Shown in pieces: positions 51,069-59,441 of a stretch of 64,000 bases of DNA. The first letter of the stretch is position 1. Each line of letters begins with the position of its first letter. The position numbers and the translations under genes are program-made. A model generated the notes under the pieces. The model saw nothing but the letters and a program-made list of their open reading frames with translations. It searched no databases and was not told the origin of the DNA. Source of the stretch: Longimicrobiales bacterium (GTDB lineage Bacteria > Gemmatimonadota > Gemmatimonadetes > Longimicrobiales > Gaopeijiaceae); assembly GCA_965204735.1 (NCBI GenBank), contig OZ242008.1, forward strand, positions 1,632,001 through 1,696,000, given 5' to 3'.

Positions 51069-52832
51069 ATGAGCGGCGACGCTTGGCTGACGCTGGCGGT
51101 CGTCGTGGCGGCGGTGGTCGTGCTGGCGCGGGACTGGGTTGCGCCCGCCGTCGCCTTCACGGGAGCGGTGGTGGTGCTGCTGGTGGCAGGGGTCGTGGCG
51201 CCCTCGCAGGCGTTCCAGGGCTTCTCGAACCCGGCGCCGATCACCGTGGCCGCCCTCTACGTGCTGGCCCGAGCCGTGGAGCGCACCGGCGCCCTTCAGC
51301 CGCTGGTCTACGCGACGCTGGGGAAGGGAAGGAGCCTGCGGCTTTCCCTGGCGCGCCTCACGGCGCCCGTGGCGGCGGCGTCGGCGTTCCTCAACAACAC
51401 GCCGATCATCGCCATGCTTTCGCCCCAGGTCGGGGAGTGGGCGGACAAGCGCGGCCACTCGCCCTCCCGCTACCTGATGCCCCTCTCCTTCGCCGCGATC
51501 CTGGGGGGGATGACCACCCTCATCGGCACCTCCACGAACTTGGTGGTGTCGGGTCTCCTGGAGGCCGAGGGACAGGAGCCCTTCGGCATGTTCGAGCTGA
51601 CCGGCATCGCGCTCCCCGTGGCGCTCATCGGCTTGACGCTGACGATCCTGCTGTCGCCCAACCTGCTGCCCGACCGTCGTCCGCCCCGCCGGGAAGTCCG
51701 CCGGGGAGGGCGCGCGTTCTCGGTGAGGATGCGCGTGCTTCCCGGAGGTCCGCTGGACGGCGTGCGGGTGGGCGAGGCGGAGCTGGGGCGGCTGGAGGGG
51801 CTGGTCCTGGCCGGCCACGAACGCGGGGGCGAGACCGTGGCTCACGTCTCTCCGGCCGTGATCCTGAAGGGGAACGACCACCTGACCTTCGTCGGCGGCG
51901 CGGACACGGTGCTCGACCTGCACGGGCTCCCCGGCCTGGAGTCGGCCCAGGAGCCCCACCTGCCCGACGAGTTCGGCAGCCCCCGCCACGCGTTCTTCGA
52001 GGTCGTGGTGGCGCCCGAGTCCCCCTTGGCGGGGCGCACGCTGGTCGAGTCCAACTTCCTGATGCGGTACCAAGCGGCGGTGGTGGCGATCCATCGGGCC
52101 GGCGAACCGATCCGGGGACGGCTGGCCCGGACCCCCCTGCGCCTGGGCGACACCCTGCTCCTGATCTCGGACGAGGACTTCGGCGAACGCTGGCGGGACC
52201 GCAACGACTTCCTGCTGGTGGCCCGCCTGGGCGACTCGACGCCGCCCATGTCCCGAAAGGCCGGGGTCGTGCTGGGGGTGGCGGCGGCGATCGTCCTGGG
52301 GGCGGGCTTGGGCGTCCTGCCGATCCTGCACCTCTCGCTGATCGGGGCGCTGGTGCTGGTCGGCCTGGGCATCCTGACGCCCGGCGAGGCGAAGGACTCC
52401 ATCGACTTCGACGTGATCGTGGTGATCGGAGCTGCCTTCGGGCTGGCGGCGGCAGTCGAGAGCTCGGGACTGGGACACGCCGCGGCCGACCTGGTGGCGA
52501 CCGCGTTCGGGCGCTTCGGGGCGGCGGGCACGCTGGCGGGGATCGTGGTGGCGACGGTGGGCCTGAGCTCGTTGATCACCAACAACGCCGCGGCAGCCCT
52601 GGTGCTGCCGATCGCCCTCTCCAACGCGGCGGAGTTCGGGATCGACCCCCGTTCGGCGGCGGTGGCGGTAGCCCTGGCGGCGTCCGCCTCGTTCATGACC
52701 CCGGTGAGCTACCAGACGAACCTGATGGTGTACGGTCCCGGCGGCTACCGCTTCGGCGACTACGTGCGCTTGGGCACTCCGCTGACGGCGGTGGTGCTCG
52801 TAGTGCTGCTGTGGGCGACGGTGTTCGCGTGA
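51069..52832 (+). CDS. SLC13/DASS family permease with two TrkA-C domains
   Basis: SAFLNNTP, LMPLSFAAILGG..TLIGTSTN, ITNNAAA, F.TP.SYQTNLMVYGPGGY.F.DY. Confidence 0.9.
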   Translation: MSGDAWLTLAVVVAAVVVLARDWVAPAVAFTGAVVVLLVAGVVAPSQAFQGFSNPAPITVAALYVLARAVERTGALQPLVYATLGKGRSLRLSLARLTAPVAAASAFLNNTPIIAMLSPQVGEWADKRGHSPSRYLMPLSFAAILGGMTTLIGTSTNLVVSGLLEAEGQEPFGMFELTGIALPVALIGLTLTILLSPNLLPDRRPPRREVRRGGRAFSVRMRVLPGGPLDGVRVGEAELGRLEGLVLAGHERGGETVAHVSPAVILKGNDHLTFVGGADTVLDLHGLPGLESAQEPHLPDEFGSPRHAFFEVVVAPESPLAGRTLVESNFLMRYQAAVVAIHRAGEPIRGRLARTPLRLGDTLLLISDEDFGERWRDRNDFLLVARLGDSTPPMSRKAGVVLGVAAAIVLGAGLGVLPILHLSLIGALVLVGLGILTPGEAKDSIDFDVIVVIGAAFGLAAAVESSGLGHAAADLVATAFGRFGAAGTLAGIVVATVGLSSLITNNAAAALVLPIALSNAAEFGIDPRSAAVAVALAASASFMTPVSYQTNLMVYGPGGYRFGDYVRLGTPLTAVVLVVLLWATVFA

Positions 52833-52891
52833 GGGGGTCGCGGCGGTGACGTTGGGTTGAAGTAGTCGACGATCACGGGCAGGGCACCGAC

Positions 52892-53209
52892 ATGGCCACA
52901 GAGATCTACGAATACCGACCGGACTACGCCGTCTCCCCGGGATCGGTACTGGCGGAGAGGCTAGAGGCGTACGGGCTTTCCCAGGAGGAACTCGCGCGCC
53001 GGTGCGGGCGGTCTCCGAAGCTGATCAGCGACATCATCGCTGGAAAGGCTCCGGTCGAACCGAGAACTGCATTGCAGCTGGAGAGGGTGCTCGATGTGAA
53101 GGCCCACGTTTGGCTCGGCATGGAATCCGACTACCGCCTCCGTCAGGCCCGCATTGCAGAAGACGAGCAGACCAAGGCAACCCGAACTGGCGAACCGTGC
53201 CGGCCATGA
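52892..53209 (+). CDS. HigA-family HTH antitoxin, orphan and possibly truncated
   Basis: PDYAVSPG..L.E.L...GLSQ.ELA.R.G.S...IS.II.GK....A.QLE.VL......W...E..Y. Confidence 0.75.
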   Translation: MATEIYEYRPDYAVSPGSVLAERLEAYGLSQEELARRCGRSPKLISDIIAGKAPVEPRTALQLERVLDVKAHVWLGMESDYRLRQARIAEDEQTKATRTGEPCRP

Positions 53210-53255
53210 CTCCCCTGCTGGGAGCCGAGGGTCTTGCCGGCAGTCGGGGCGGAGG

Positions 53256-54257
53256 TCAGCCCCGAGCGTCGGAGGCCGCCAGCAGCTGGTCTGCCAGCGC
53301 AACGATGTCGTCGTGCTTGACGATTTTGCGCCGCCACTCCTTGCGGATGCCCGTCACGCTGTAGTGGGCGCCGGCGAGCTGGCCGTACACGGCGCCGGTG
53401 GTGTCGGCGTCGTCGCCCAAGTTGACGGCCAGCAGTAGCCCGTCGTCGAAGTTCGTCGACTTGCTGAACGCCCAGAGCGCCGCCTCCATCGACTCGACCA
53501 CGTATCCCGTGCCCCTGATCTCTGACTCCGCCGCCGCCCCGCTCGGCCGCGTCTGGGACGGCGGCTCCTTCTCCTTGAACGACCCGCCGGCGACGCTCGC
53601 GATCCCGCCCCGCAGCGGATTCCGATCCCAAAGGCCGGCTTCGGGCGAGTACCCGCTCTCCAGCAGCGCTTCCTTCGTTTCGCCGGCGAGCGCGCCCACT
53701 ACGAGTCCCGCGTAGTACCGGCAGGCGTCCACGGCTTCCGCTGCAGCGTGCGTCGTCTTCGAGCTGGCGGCGGCGCGTTCGACGGCCTCGCTCGGCGTGC
53801 GCGCGAAGAACATCGGCACCGGAGCCAGGCGCATCAGGGAACCGTTGCCGGCGGTCATCGGGTCCGTCGAGCCGGCCCACGGGTCGCCCGTCCGCTCGAA
53901 CTTGGAGATGGCGGCGCGGGTGGCGTTTCCGACGTCGGGCGGCTCTTGGTCGCGAGGAGTCATGTAGCCCTCGCGAAGCCAGCGCACGTACCGGTTCATC
54001 TGGTCTTCGGGGTCGAAGCGGTCGCATTCGACGAGGCTGGCCGCCAGGCAGAGGGCCATGGAGGTGTCGTCGGTCCATTCGCCCGGGCGGAGTTGCCAGC
54101 AGCCGCCTCCGATCATGTCCTCCAGCGGCGGGAAGGTGCCCGGGGGCTTGAACTCCAGCGTCGCTCCCAGGGCGTCGCCGACCGCCAGGCCCAGGAGGCA
54201 GCCGCGGTACCGGTCGCGCCGCAGAGCCGCGGCGTCGAGGGGGGTCGTCGGCGTCAT
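53256..54257 (-). CDS. ADP-ribosylglycohydrolase (DraG/ARH family)
   Basis: GLAVGDALG, WTDDT, DVG, GNGSLMR, TH, NLGDDADTT; ATGA overlap with the upstream gene. Confidence 0.92.
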   Translation of the reverse strand: MTPTTPLDAAALRRDRYRGCLLGLAVGDALGATLEFKPPGTFPPLEDMIGGGCWQLRPGEWTDDTSMALCLAASLVECDRFDPEDQMNRYVRWLREGYMTPRDQEPPDVGNATRAAISKFERTGDPWAGSTDPMTAGNGSLMRLAPVPMFFARTPSEAVERAAASSKTTHAAAEAVDACRYYAGLVVGALAGETKEALLESGYSPEAGLWDRNPLRGGIASVAGGSFKEKEPPSQTRPSGAAAESEIRGTGYVVESMEAALWAFSKSTNFDDGLLLAVNLGDDADTTGAVYGQLAGAHYSVTGIRKEWRRKIVKHDDIVALADQLLAASDARG

Positions 54258-54853
54258 GCTTCTTGGACGTTCGGCTGCGCCGTCAGGGCGGCCAGCACCG
54301 GCGCCACGGCGTCCTCGGCCAGCGCTTTGAGCTCGTCGGCCGTGCGGTTCTGCACCGGGTGGGACGCCCATACGATCGCGGGGTCGAAGCCGAGGGAACG
54401 GGACTGGTGGGCGGCGGCGTCCCGGAACGCAGTGGTGGCGACGAGGACGCCGGGCACGCCCCGGTCGTCGAGCTCCTTGATGTCATGCAGACCGCATGAT
54501 GTGCAGGAGCCTCAATCGGCCAGCGCCTCCACCACCACGTCGGCGCCGGCGGCGATCCGGGCCACGAGGGCGGGTGCGGCGGGCTTGGCGTTGGTGGGCT
54601 TGGCGAAGCGGCGCACGACGACGCCCCGCGCCCGAAGCCGGGTCTCCAGGTGGTCGAGGAACTCGTCGGAGCGGGACTTGCCCAGGTCGAAGAGGCCCAC
54701 GGTCTTGCCGTCCAAGGAGGCCGGCGGGGGGACGCGGGGGCGGACCACGGGCGCGGTCTCGGAGGTGGGGTCGTGGAGAACGGCGGCGGAGCCGAAGCCG
54801 GGGCCGGACTCCGGGACGGACGCGGCGGAGCGGGGCGGGGGCAGGGTCGTCAT
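54254..54853 (-). CDS. UGSC-family selenoprotein (199 aa, Sec at codon 114, UGA at 54512-54514)
   Basis: Frame continues through TGA as ...EALAD-U-GSCTSCGLHDIKELDDRGVPG...; a SECIS-like hairpin follows; ATGA overlaps at both ends. Confidence 0.88.
54483..54511 (-). promoter_or_regulatory. Bacterial SECIS-like element
   Basis: UGA + 12 nt + UCAUGC-GGUCU-GCAUGA stem-loop. Confidence 0.75.
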
Positions 54854-56280
54854 TCGTCGATCTCCTTGGTGACGGGGTGGGATTCCTTGTGGGCTCGGCC
54901 CCCCGGCCAGCCTGCGAGCACGGCGGAGAAGAGCCCGGCGGGACCCCCGGCGCGGACGACCAGCAGGCCTCCGTCCCGGAACTTGGGAACGTTCCCGCCC
55001 GCTCGCGAGGGCGGCGCTCCCTCGGCCACGCCTCCCGCGCCCGCGACCACCTGCGAGCCGGGAAGCATCAGCCGCTCGTGGAGCGCCGCGACGACCTCCG
55101 CGCGGCCCCAGCCGGCCTCCCGGAAGATGGCGTAGTGCTCCGGCGAGAGCACCAGCACGGCGGGCGCCCACTCGCACAGCTTGGGGTGTCCCACGGCCCG
55201 CAACGCCATCGCAAGGGAGCGGGCGAGCTCGTCGGGCGCGCGGGAGCGCTGGTCGGTGACGCCCTGGATGCCGTCGCCGGCGAAGAGGGTGACGGCGCTC
55301 CGCCCAGGCCTTGCGCCCCGGGAGACGGAGAGAGGCTGCCAACTCGGGTCCGACTCGTCTTCCGCGAAGCAGAAGGTGTACTTGCCGGGGCCGCCCAAGG
55401 TAGCCCGGTCGATCTCGCCGGGCCTGCCCCCGCCGACGTTGCGCACGATCAGGTTGAGCGCCCTGCCGATAGTCGCATTCGCTCGGTTCCCCTGGCCCAG
55501 GGCGTTGAGGCCCGCGTTCATGCCGATGCGCCGGGCGACGGGGCCGTTCACGATCACCACGGGGCTGGCGAAGCAGGTGCTGCACGTGACTCCGTGAAGG
55601 GTGAAGCCGGGTTCCAGCGCCGCCTCGAGGGCGGTCAGGACCACGGGCATGTACTCGGGACGGCATCCGGCCATGACGGCGTTGATCGCCGCCTTCTCCA
55701 CGGTGCACGGCGCCATCTTCGGCGGCACGCGGCCCACGACTTCTGCCGGGCTGCGGCTCGTCCCCTCCAGCATTCGAAGGATGCGCTCCGGCGTTGGGGG
55801 GACGACGGGGAGACCGTCGGTCCAGCCCCGGTCGTAGCACGTCTCCACCGGGTCGGCGAAGGGGGGCGCCTCCACGGTCCGCGCGCGGATGCCGGTCTCG
55901 CCGAAGCGCGCCCGCAACGCCTCGCGGACCCCGGGCTCCACCGAGCGGGAGCCGCAGCCGGGCCGGTGCTCGGGAAGGTCGGCGGCAAGGTGGTCCATCC
56001 CGACGAGCCTTCGCCATTCGTCGCGGTTCCAGCCCACGCTCCGACCGGCCTCCGCGTCTCCCTCCCAGCGGACGAGAGTGGGCACGGTCTCGACCCCCAG
56101 GCGGTACGACCGCTCCAGCCCACGGTCGTCGGCCTTGGCCACGGCGTCGCCCAGGAAGGCTCCGTCGTCCTGCCAGTAGACGACCAGCTCGCGTCCGGCG
56201 TCGGCGATCGCGGTCAGCGCCGGCGCGACCAAGCGGCAAGTCTCGCACTCGTTCTTGACGACGGCGGCGAAGCGGGTCAC
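54850..56280 (-). CDS. Thioredoxin-fold (CETC) domain fused to a conserved uncharacterised domain (UGSC partner protein)
   Basis: K.ECETC, VETVPT, RPGCGS, then GWTDGLPVVPPT, INAVMAGC, RANATIGRA; GAGGAGG upstream of GTG 56280. Confidence 0.8.
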   Translation of the reverse strand: MTRFAAVVKNECETCRLVAPALTAIADAGRELVVYWQDDGAFLGDAVAKADDRGLERSYRLGVETVPTLVRWEGDAEAGRSVGWNRDEWRRLVGMDHLAADLPEHRPGCGSRSVEPGVREALRARFGETGIRARTVEAPPFADPVETCYDRGWTDGLPVVPPTPERILRMLEGTSRSPAEVVGRVPPKMAPCTVEKAAINAVMAGCRPEYMPVVLTALEAALEPGFTLHGVTCSTCFASPVVIVNGPVARRIGMNAGLNALGQGNRANATIGRALNLIVRNVGGGRPGEIDRATLGGPGKYTFCFAEDESDPSWQPLSVSRGARPGRSAVTLFAGDGIQGVTDQRSRAPDELARSLAMALRAVGHPKLCEWAPAVLVLSPEHYAIFREAGWGRAEVVAALHERLMLPGSQVVAGAGGVAEGAPPSRAGGNVPKFRDGGLLVVRAGGPAGLFSAVLAGWPGGRAHKESHPVTKEIDE

Positions 56281-56398
56281 AAGCGGGCGCTTCCTCCTCG
56301 CGACGGCGGAGCGGACGTGTCCTCCTGCACGATCACAAGTCGTCGGCGTCGTCCGCGTTGTCAAGGAAGCCGGCGTCGGCGATCAGCAGCCCGTCCAA

Positions 56399-56463
56399 GC
56401 ATATGCACATCCGTCCAGCATATGCGCTGTCACTCGGCACATGATCAGCTGTTCAGCACATGC
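56399..56463. repeat. Four GCA(T/C)ATG(C/A) boxes at an exact 19-nt period
   Basis: Boxes start at 56399, 56418, 56437 and 56456. Confidence 0.8.
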
Positions 56464-56524
56464 GCACCCGTGCACAGCCTGGGCGCCGTCTGGAACGGGC
56501 GGCCGCTCGCCGCGCCGACCGGTC

Positions 56525-59347
56525 CTACCCGATCCAGTAGCTCGCCTTGACCATGAACACGTCCTGGCTGGGCTGGCCGAGAAGGGCGCTCACGTCGTCG
56601 CCCAGGGAGAACTCGCCCGTCTGGTCGTAGTGGTTGCGCCCCTGCGACCACACCAGGAAGACCGCCGAGCCGGGCTTGTACTCCCAGCGCAGGACCGCGT
56701 TGGAGCGGAACTGCTTGAAGTTGAAGTCCGGGTTGCGGAAGGAGTCGGACGCTCCGTCGCCGTCCACGTCGCCGTGCAGGGTCCCGCCTTCGTCGCCGAC
56801 GGCCACGGCGGCGAACCGGTCGGCGTAGTGCTCCGCCCGGGGGTCGGTGATGCTCTTGAAGTGGTCGTAGTCGCCTGCGGAGACGAAGGGCTGCGCGTAG
56901 AGCTGCAAGGACAGGGTCGGCGAAAACGTCCAGTCGGCGCGGACCGTCAGCCCGACGGTGGTCTGGTCGAGCCGCCCGAAGAGGTAGTGGGCGCCGAGAG
57001 GCGCGTCGGCGCCGTCGGGGGCTTGCGGGCCGAGCCGCCGCACCCACTGAAGGTCCTCTGCTCGCCAGCGGACGGACGGACCGGCGGACACGGTGGCCCG
57101 CGACGACGGGCGCCAGCGGATCGAGGCGTTCGTGCCGAAGCTCCACGATCCGCTCTCCGGGCGCGCCTCCCACTGGTTGTTGGTGTTGAAGGAGAGCTGC
57201 TTCCGGGAGTCCGACCAGAAGCCGAACCAGCCGCCCCAGGCTCCGTCCCGGCGCAGCATCGGACCGCCGCGCAGCGCCGTGTTGGTGAGGCCGTCCGAGT
57301 TGCGCCTCACGCCGGCGTAGCCGCCCCAGAAGTTCTTGAGGGTGAAGCTGCCGCTGACGTTGCCGCCCCTGCTGAAGTGCTCGCCGCCGAAGCTGTACGC
57401 GTCCCAGGCGTTGAGGTTCAGGTTCCACCGCTGGAAGCGTTCCGTCGCCTTGTAGTGGTTGTAGCCGGCCCACAGCCAAGGGTTGACGAAGTCGGACTCG
57501 CGCATGAAGCCCAGGTCGTTGGCGTCGAATCCGGGGGAGCGGGCCACGACCCCGCCGCCGTAGCGCCAGTAGCCTCCCGAGATCTTGGAGAAGGATGCGG
57601 AGCCGGCCCACCCGTCCAGGGAAGTGCGGGCGGGGTCCAGCTCGACGTGGTCGGCGTCGGGCCGCTGGAAGTAGCGCGCGGGCGACCGCTGAGTGCGCTC
57701 GATCGCTTCCGCGGAGCCCCTCACGGTGGAGCCCAGCAGGTAGCCGGAAACGACGAAGCGGTCGCCGCCGAAGCGGTGGCGGGCGTCGAAGCCGCCGGCG
57801 TACGCCTGGCCGTGAAGCCTCAGATTGCCTGCGGAGGCGCCGTCCCGGACGGTCCACGTGGAGATGGCGCCGACCGCGCTCTTGCCGTCGCGGAAGTCCT
57901 TGCTGACGCGCCCGACTCCGTAGTGGGCCGCAGGCTCGACGACCTCGTCGCCCAAGGGGCCGGAGGCGTCGGCGCGGCGCGCCGTCTCGTTTCCGGCAAG
58001 GGCGTGGAGGAAGCCCAGCGACCAGCCGGAGCGCGTCTTGCCGGAGAGCTTGGCCGCGCCCAGGATGCGCGTCTGCTCCGGGGCGTCGGCGTACGCGGCC
58101 GACGAGGGCCGTCCCTGGGGCGGGCGGCCGATCCGGCGGGAGTAGAAGAGCCCCTCGCTGGCCTGGTCGCCGTCGCCCGGCGAGAAGCCGAAGGCGAAGA
58201 TGTTCGCCCCTTCCACGAAGAACGGCCGCCGTTCCGGGAAGAACGTCTCGAAGGCGCTCAGGTTGACCTGGGCCGGGTCCGCCTCCACTTGGCCGAAGTC
58301 CGGGTTGATCGCGAGGTCCAGCGTCAGGTCGGTGGTGATGCCGTACTTCACGTCCGCCCCCACCGCCGAGGAGAAGTCCCGCGGGTCGTAGAACGGGTTC
58401 GCGGCTTCGCCGGGGGCGCTCTCCAGCCGAAGCAGGGAGTAGGGGAGCACCTCCAGACGCCGTGGGGGCGAGAGGTCCCGCAGCCCTTCCAGGTCGCCGA
58501 AGCGGGAGACCAGCGCCCCGTCGCCTCGGGAGATCGGCGCCCAGAGGCTGACCTCCAGGTGGCGGGCAATCGTGCGCACGAAGTTGATCCCCCACGTCTG
58601 GCGGCCCGCCCCGTCGAAGCGCAGCTGGGAGTAGGGGATGCGGAACTCGGCGGTCCACCCCTGGGCGTCCACGGCCGTGGCCACGTCCCACACCGCGTCC
58701 CACGAGACGTCCTCGCGCACGTCGTCGTACATGTAGATGTCCCGCTTCACGCCTGCCGGGTTGACGGAGAAGCGGAACGCCGTTCGCCGGTCGTGGTAGC
58801 TGTCGATCACCACGTCCACCCAGTCCGAGTGGGGGTTCTCGTCTCGTCGCGCCAGCCGGGACTCGATCGAGTCCGGGGACGTGTCGAATGCCCGAATGCC
58901 CACGTAGACCGCTTCGTCTCCGTAAAGGACCCGGGCCTCCGTTCTCTGGGAAGGCGCCTCGCCCTCGTTGGGCTGGAAGACCACGAAGTCGCCGGCGGCC
59001 ATCGCGGTCGCCCAGTCGGCCTCGTCCAGCGCTCCGTCGATGGAGGGCGCCGGCCCGACGAGCCGGGTCGCCTGCAAGACCGGGGGCTGGGCCGGGCCGC
59101 CTGCCGTCCCTCCGCTGCTGCCGCTCCCCTCGGCTTCCTGCTCCTGGCCGCGGGCGTCGGCGGGGGCCACGCTCAAGGCCGCGGCCAACGCTACCGCGGC
59201 CCCCGTCGCCGCGGTCGTCGCCCACTTTGCCGCCGTGCGCGCCGCCGCCGTCGCCGCTCCGGCCGTCTCGCCTGCTGTTGCCGCCGCCCCGCTTGCCGCT
59301 CCCGCCGCCCGCCGTCCTCGCGTCCGCACCGATCCCGTCTTCCTCAC
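56525..59347 (-). CDS. CBM9-like + DUF5916 outer-membrane protein
   Basis: IDG.LDE..W, D.YHD.R.AF.F.VNP.GV..D, W.AEFRIP.SQLR, NPDFGQVEADP, E.RPFFVEG. Start may lie further downstream. Confidence 0.82.
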   Translation of the reverse strand: MRKTGSVRTRGRRAAGAASGAAATAGETAGAATAAARTAAKWATTAATGAAVALAAALSVAPADARGQEQEAEGSGSSGGTAGGPAQPPVLQATRLVGPAPSIDGALDEADWATAMAAGDFVVFQPNEGEAPSQRTEARVLYGDEAVYVGIRAFDTSPDSIESRLARRDENPHSDWVDVVIDSYHDRRTAFRFSVNPAGVKRDIYMYDDVREDVSWDAVWDVATAVDAQGWTAEFRIPYSQLRFDGAGRQTWGINFVRTIARHLEVSLWAPISRGDGALVSRFGDLEGLRDLSPPRRLEVLPYSLLRLESAPGEAANPFYDPRDFSSAVGADVKYGITTDLTLDLAINPDFGQVEADPAQVNLSAFETFFPERRPFFVEGANIFAFGFSPGDGDQASEGLFYSRRIGRPPQGRPSSAAYADAPEQTRILGAAKLSGKTRSGWSLGFLHALAGNETARRADASGPLGDEVVEPAAHYGVGRVSKDFRDGKSAVGAISTWTVRDGASAGNLRLHGQAYAGGFDARHRFGGDRFVVSGYLLGSTVRGSAEAIERTQRSPARYFQRPDADHVELDPARTSLDGWAGSASFSKISGGYWRYGGGVVARSPGFDANDLGFMRESDFVNPWLWAGYNHYKATERFQRWNLNLNAWDAYSFGGEHFSRGGNVSGSFTLKNFWGGYAGVRRNSDGLTNTALRGGPMLRRDGAWGGWFGFWSDSRKQLSFNTNNQWEARPESGSWSFGTNASIRWRPSSRATVSAGPSVRWRAEDLQWVRRLGPQAPDGADAPLGAHYLFGRLDQTTVGLTVRADWTFSPTLSLQLYAQPFVSAGDYDHFKSITDPRAEHYADRFAAVAVGDEGGTLHGDVDGDGASDSFRNPDFNFKQFRSNAVLRWEYKPGSAVFLVWSQGRNHYDQTGEFSLGDDVSALLGQPSQDVFMVKASYWIG

Positions 59348-59441
59348 CTTGCCGCTCCTCCCGTCGCCTGTACTTGTCTATCGAGAATCCGGCGCGGCGC
59401 CTCTTGCCCGCACCGGCGAACCGCAACCTTGGACGAAGGAA

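Noticed and set aside
54512..54514. TGA as a nonsense mutation (pseudogene) or as the end of a separate gene
   Set aside because: UGSC context, SECIS-like hairpin and coupled overlaps at both ends favour selenocysteine readthrough.
56392..56467. Mini CRISPR array
   Set aside because: Period of 19 nt and an 8-nt core are too short, and there are no cas genes.
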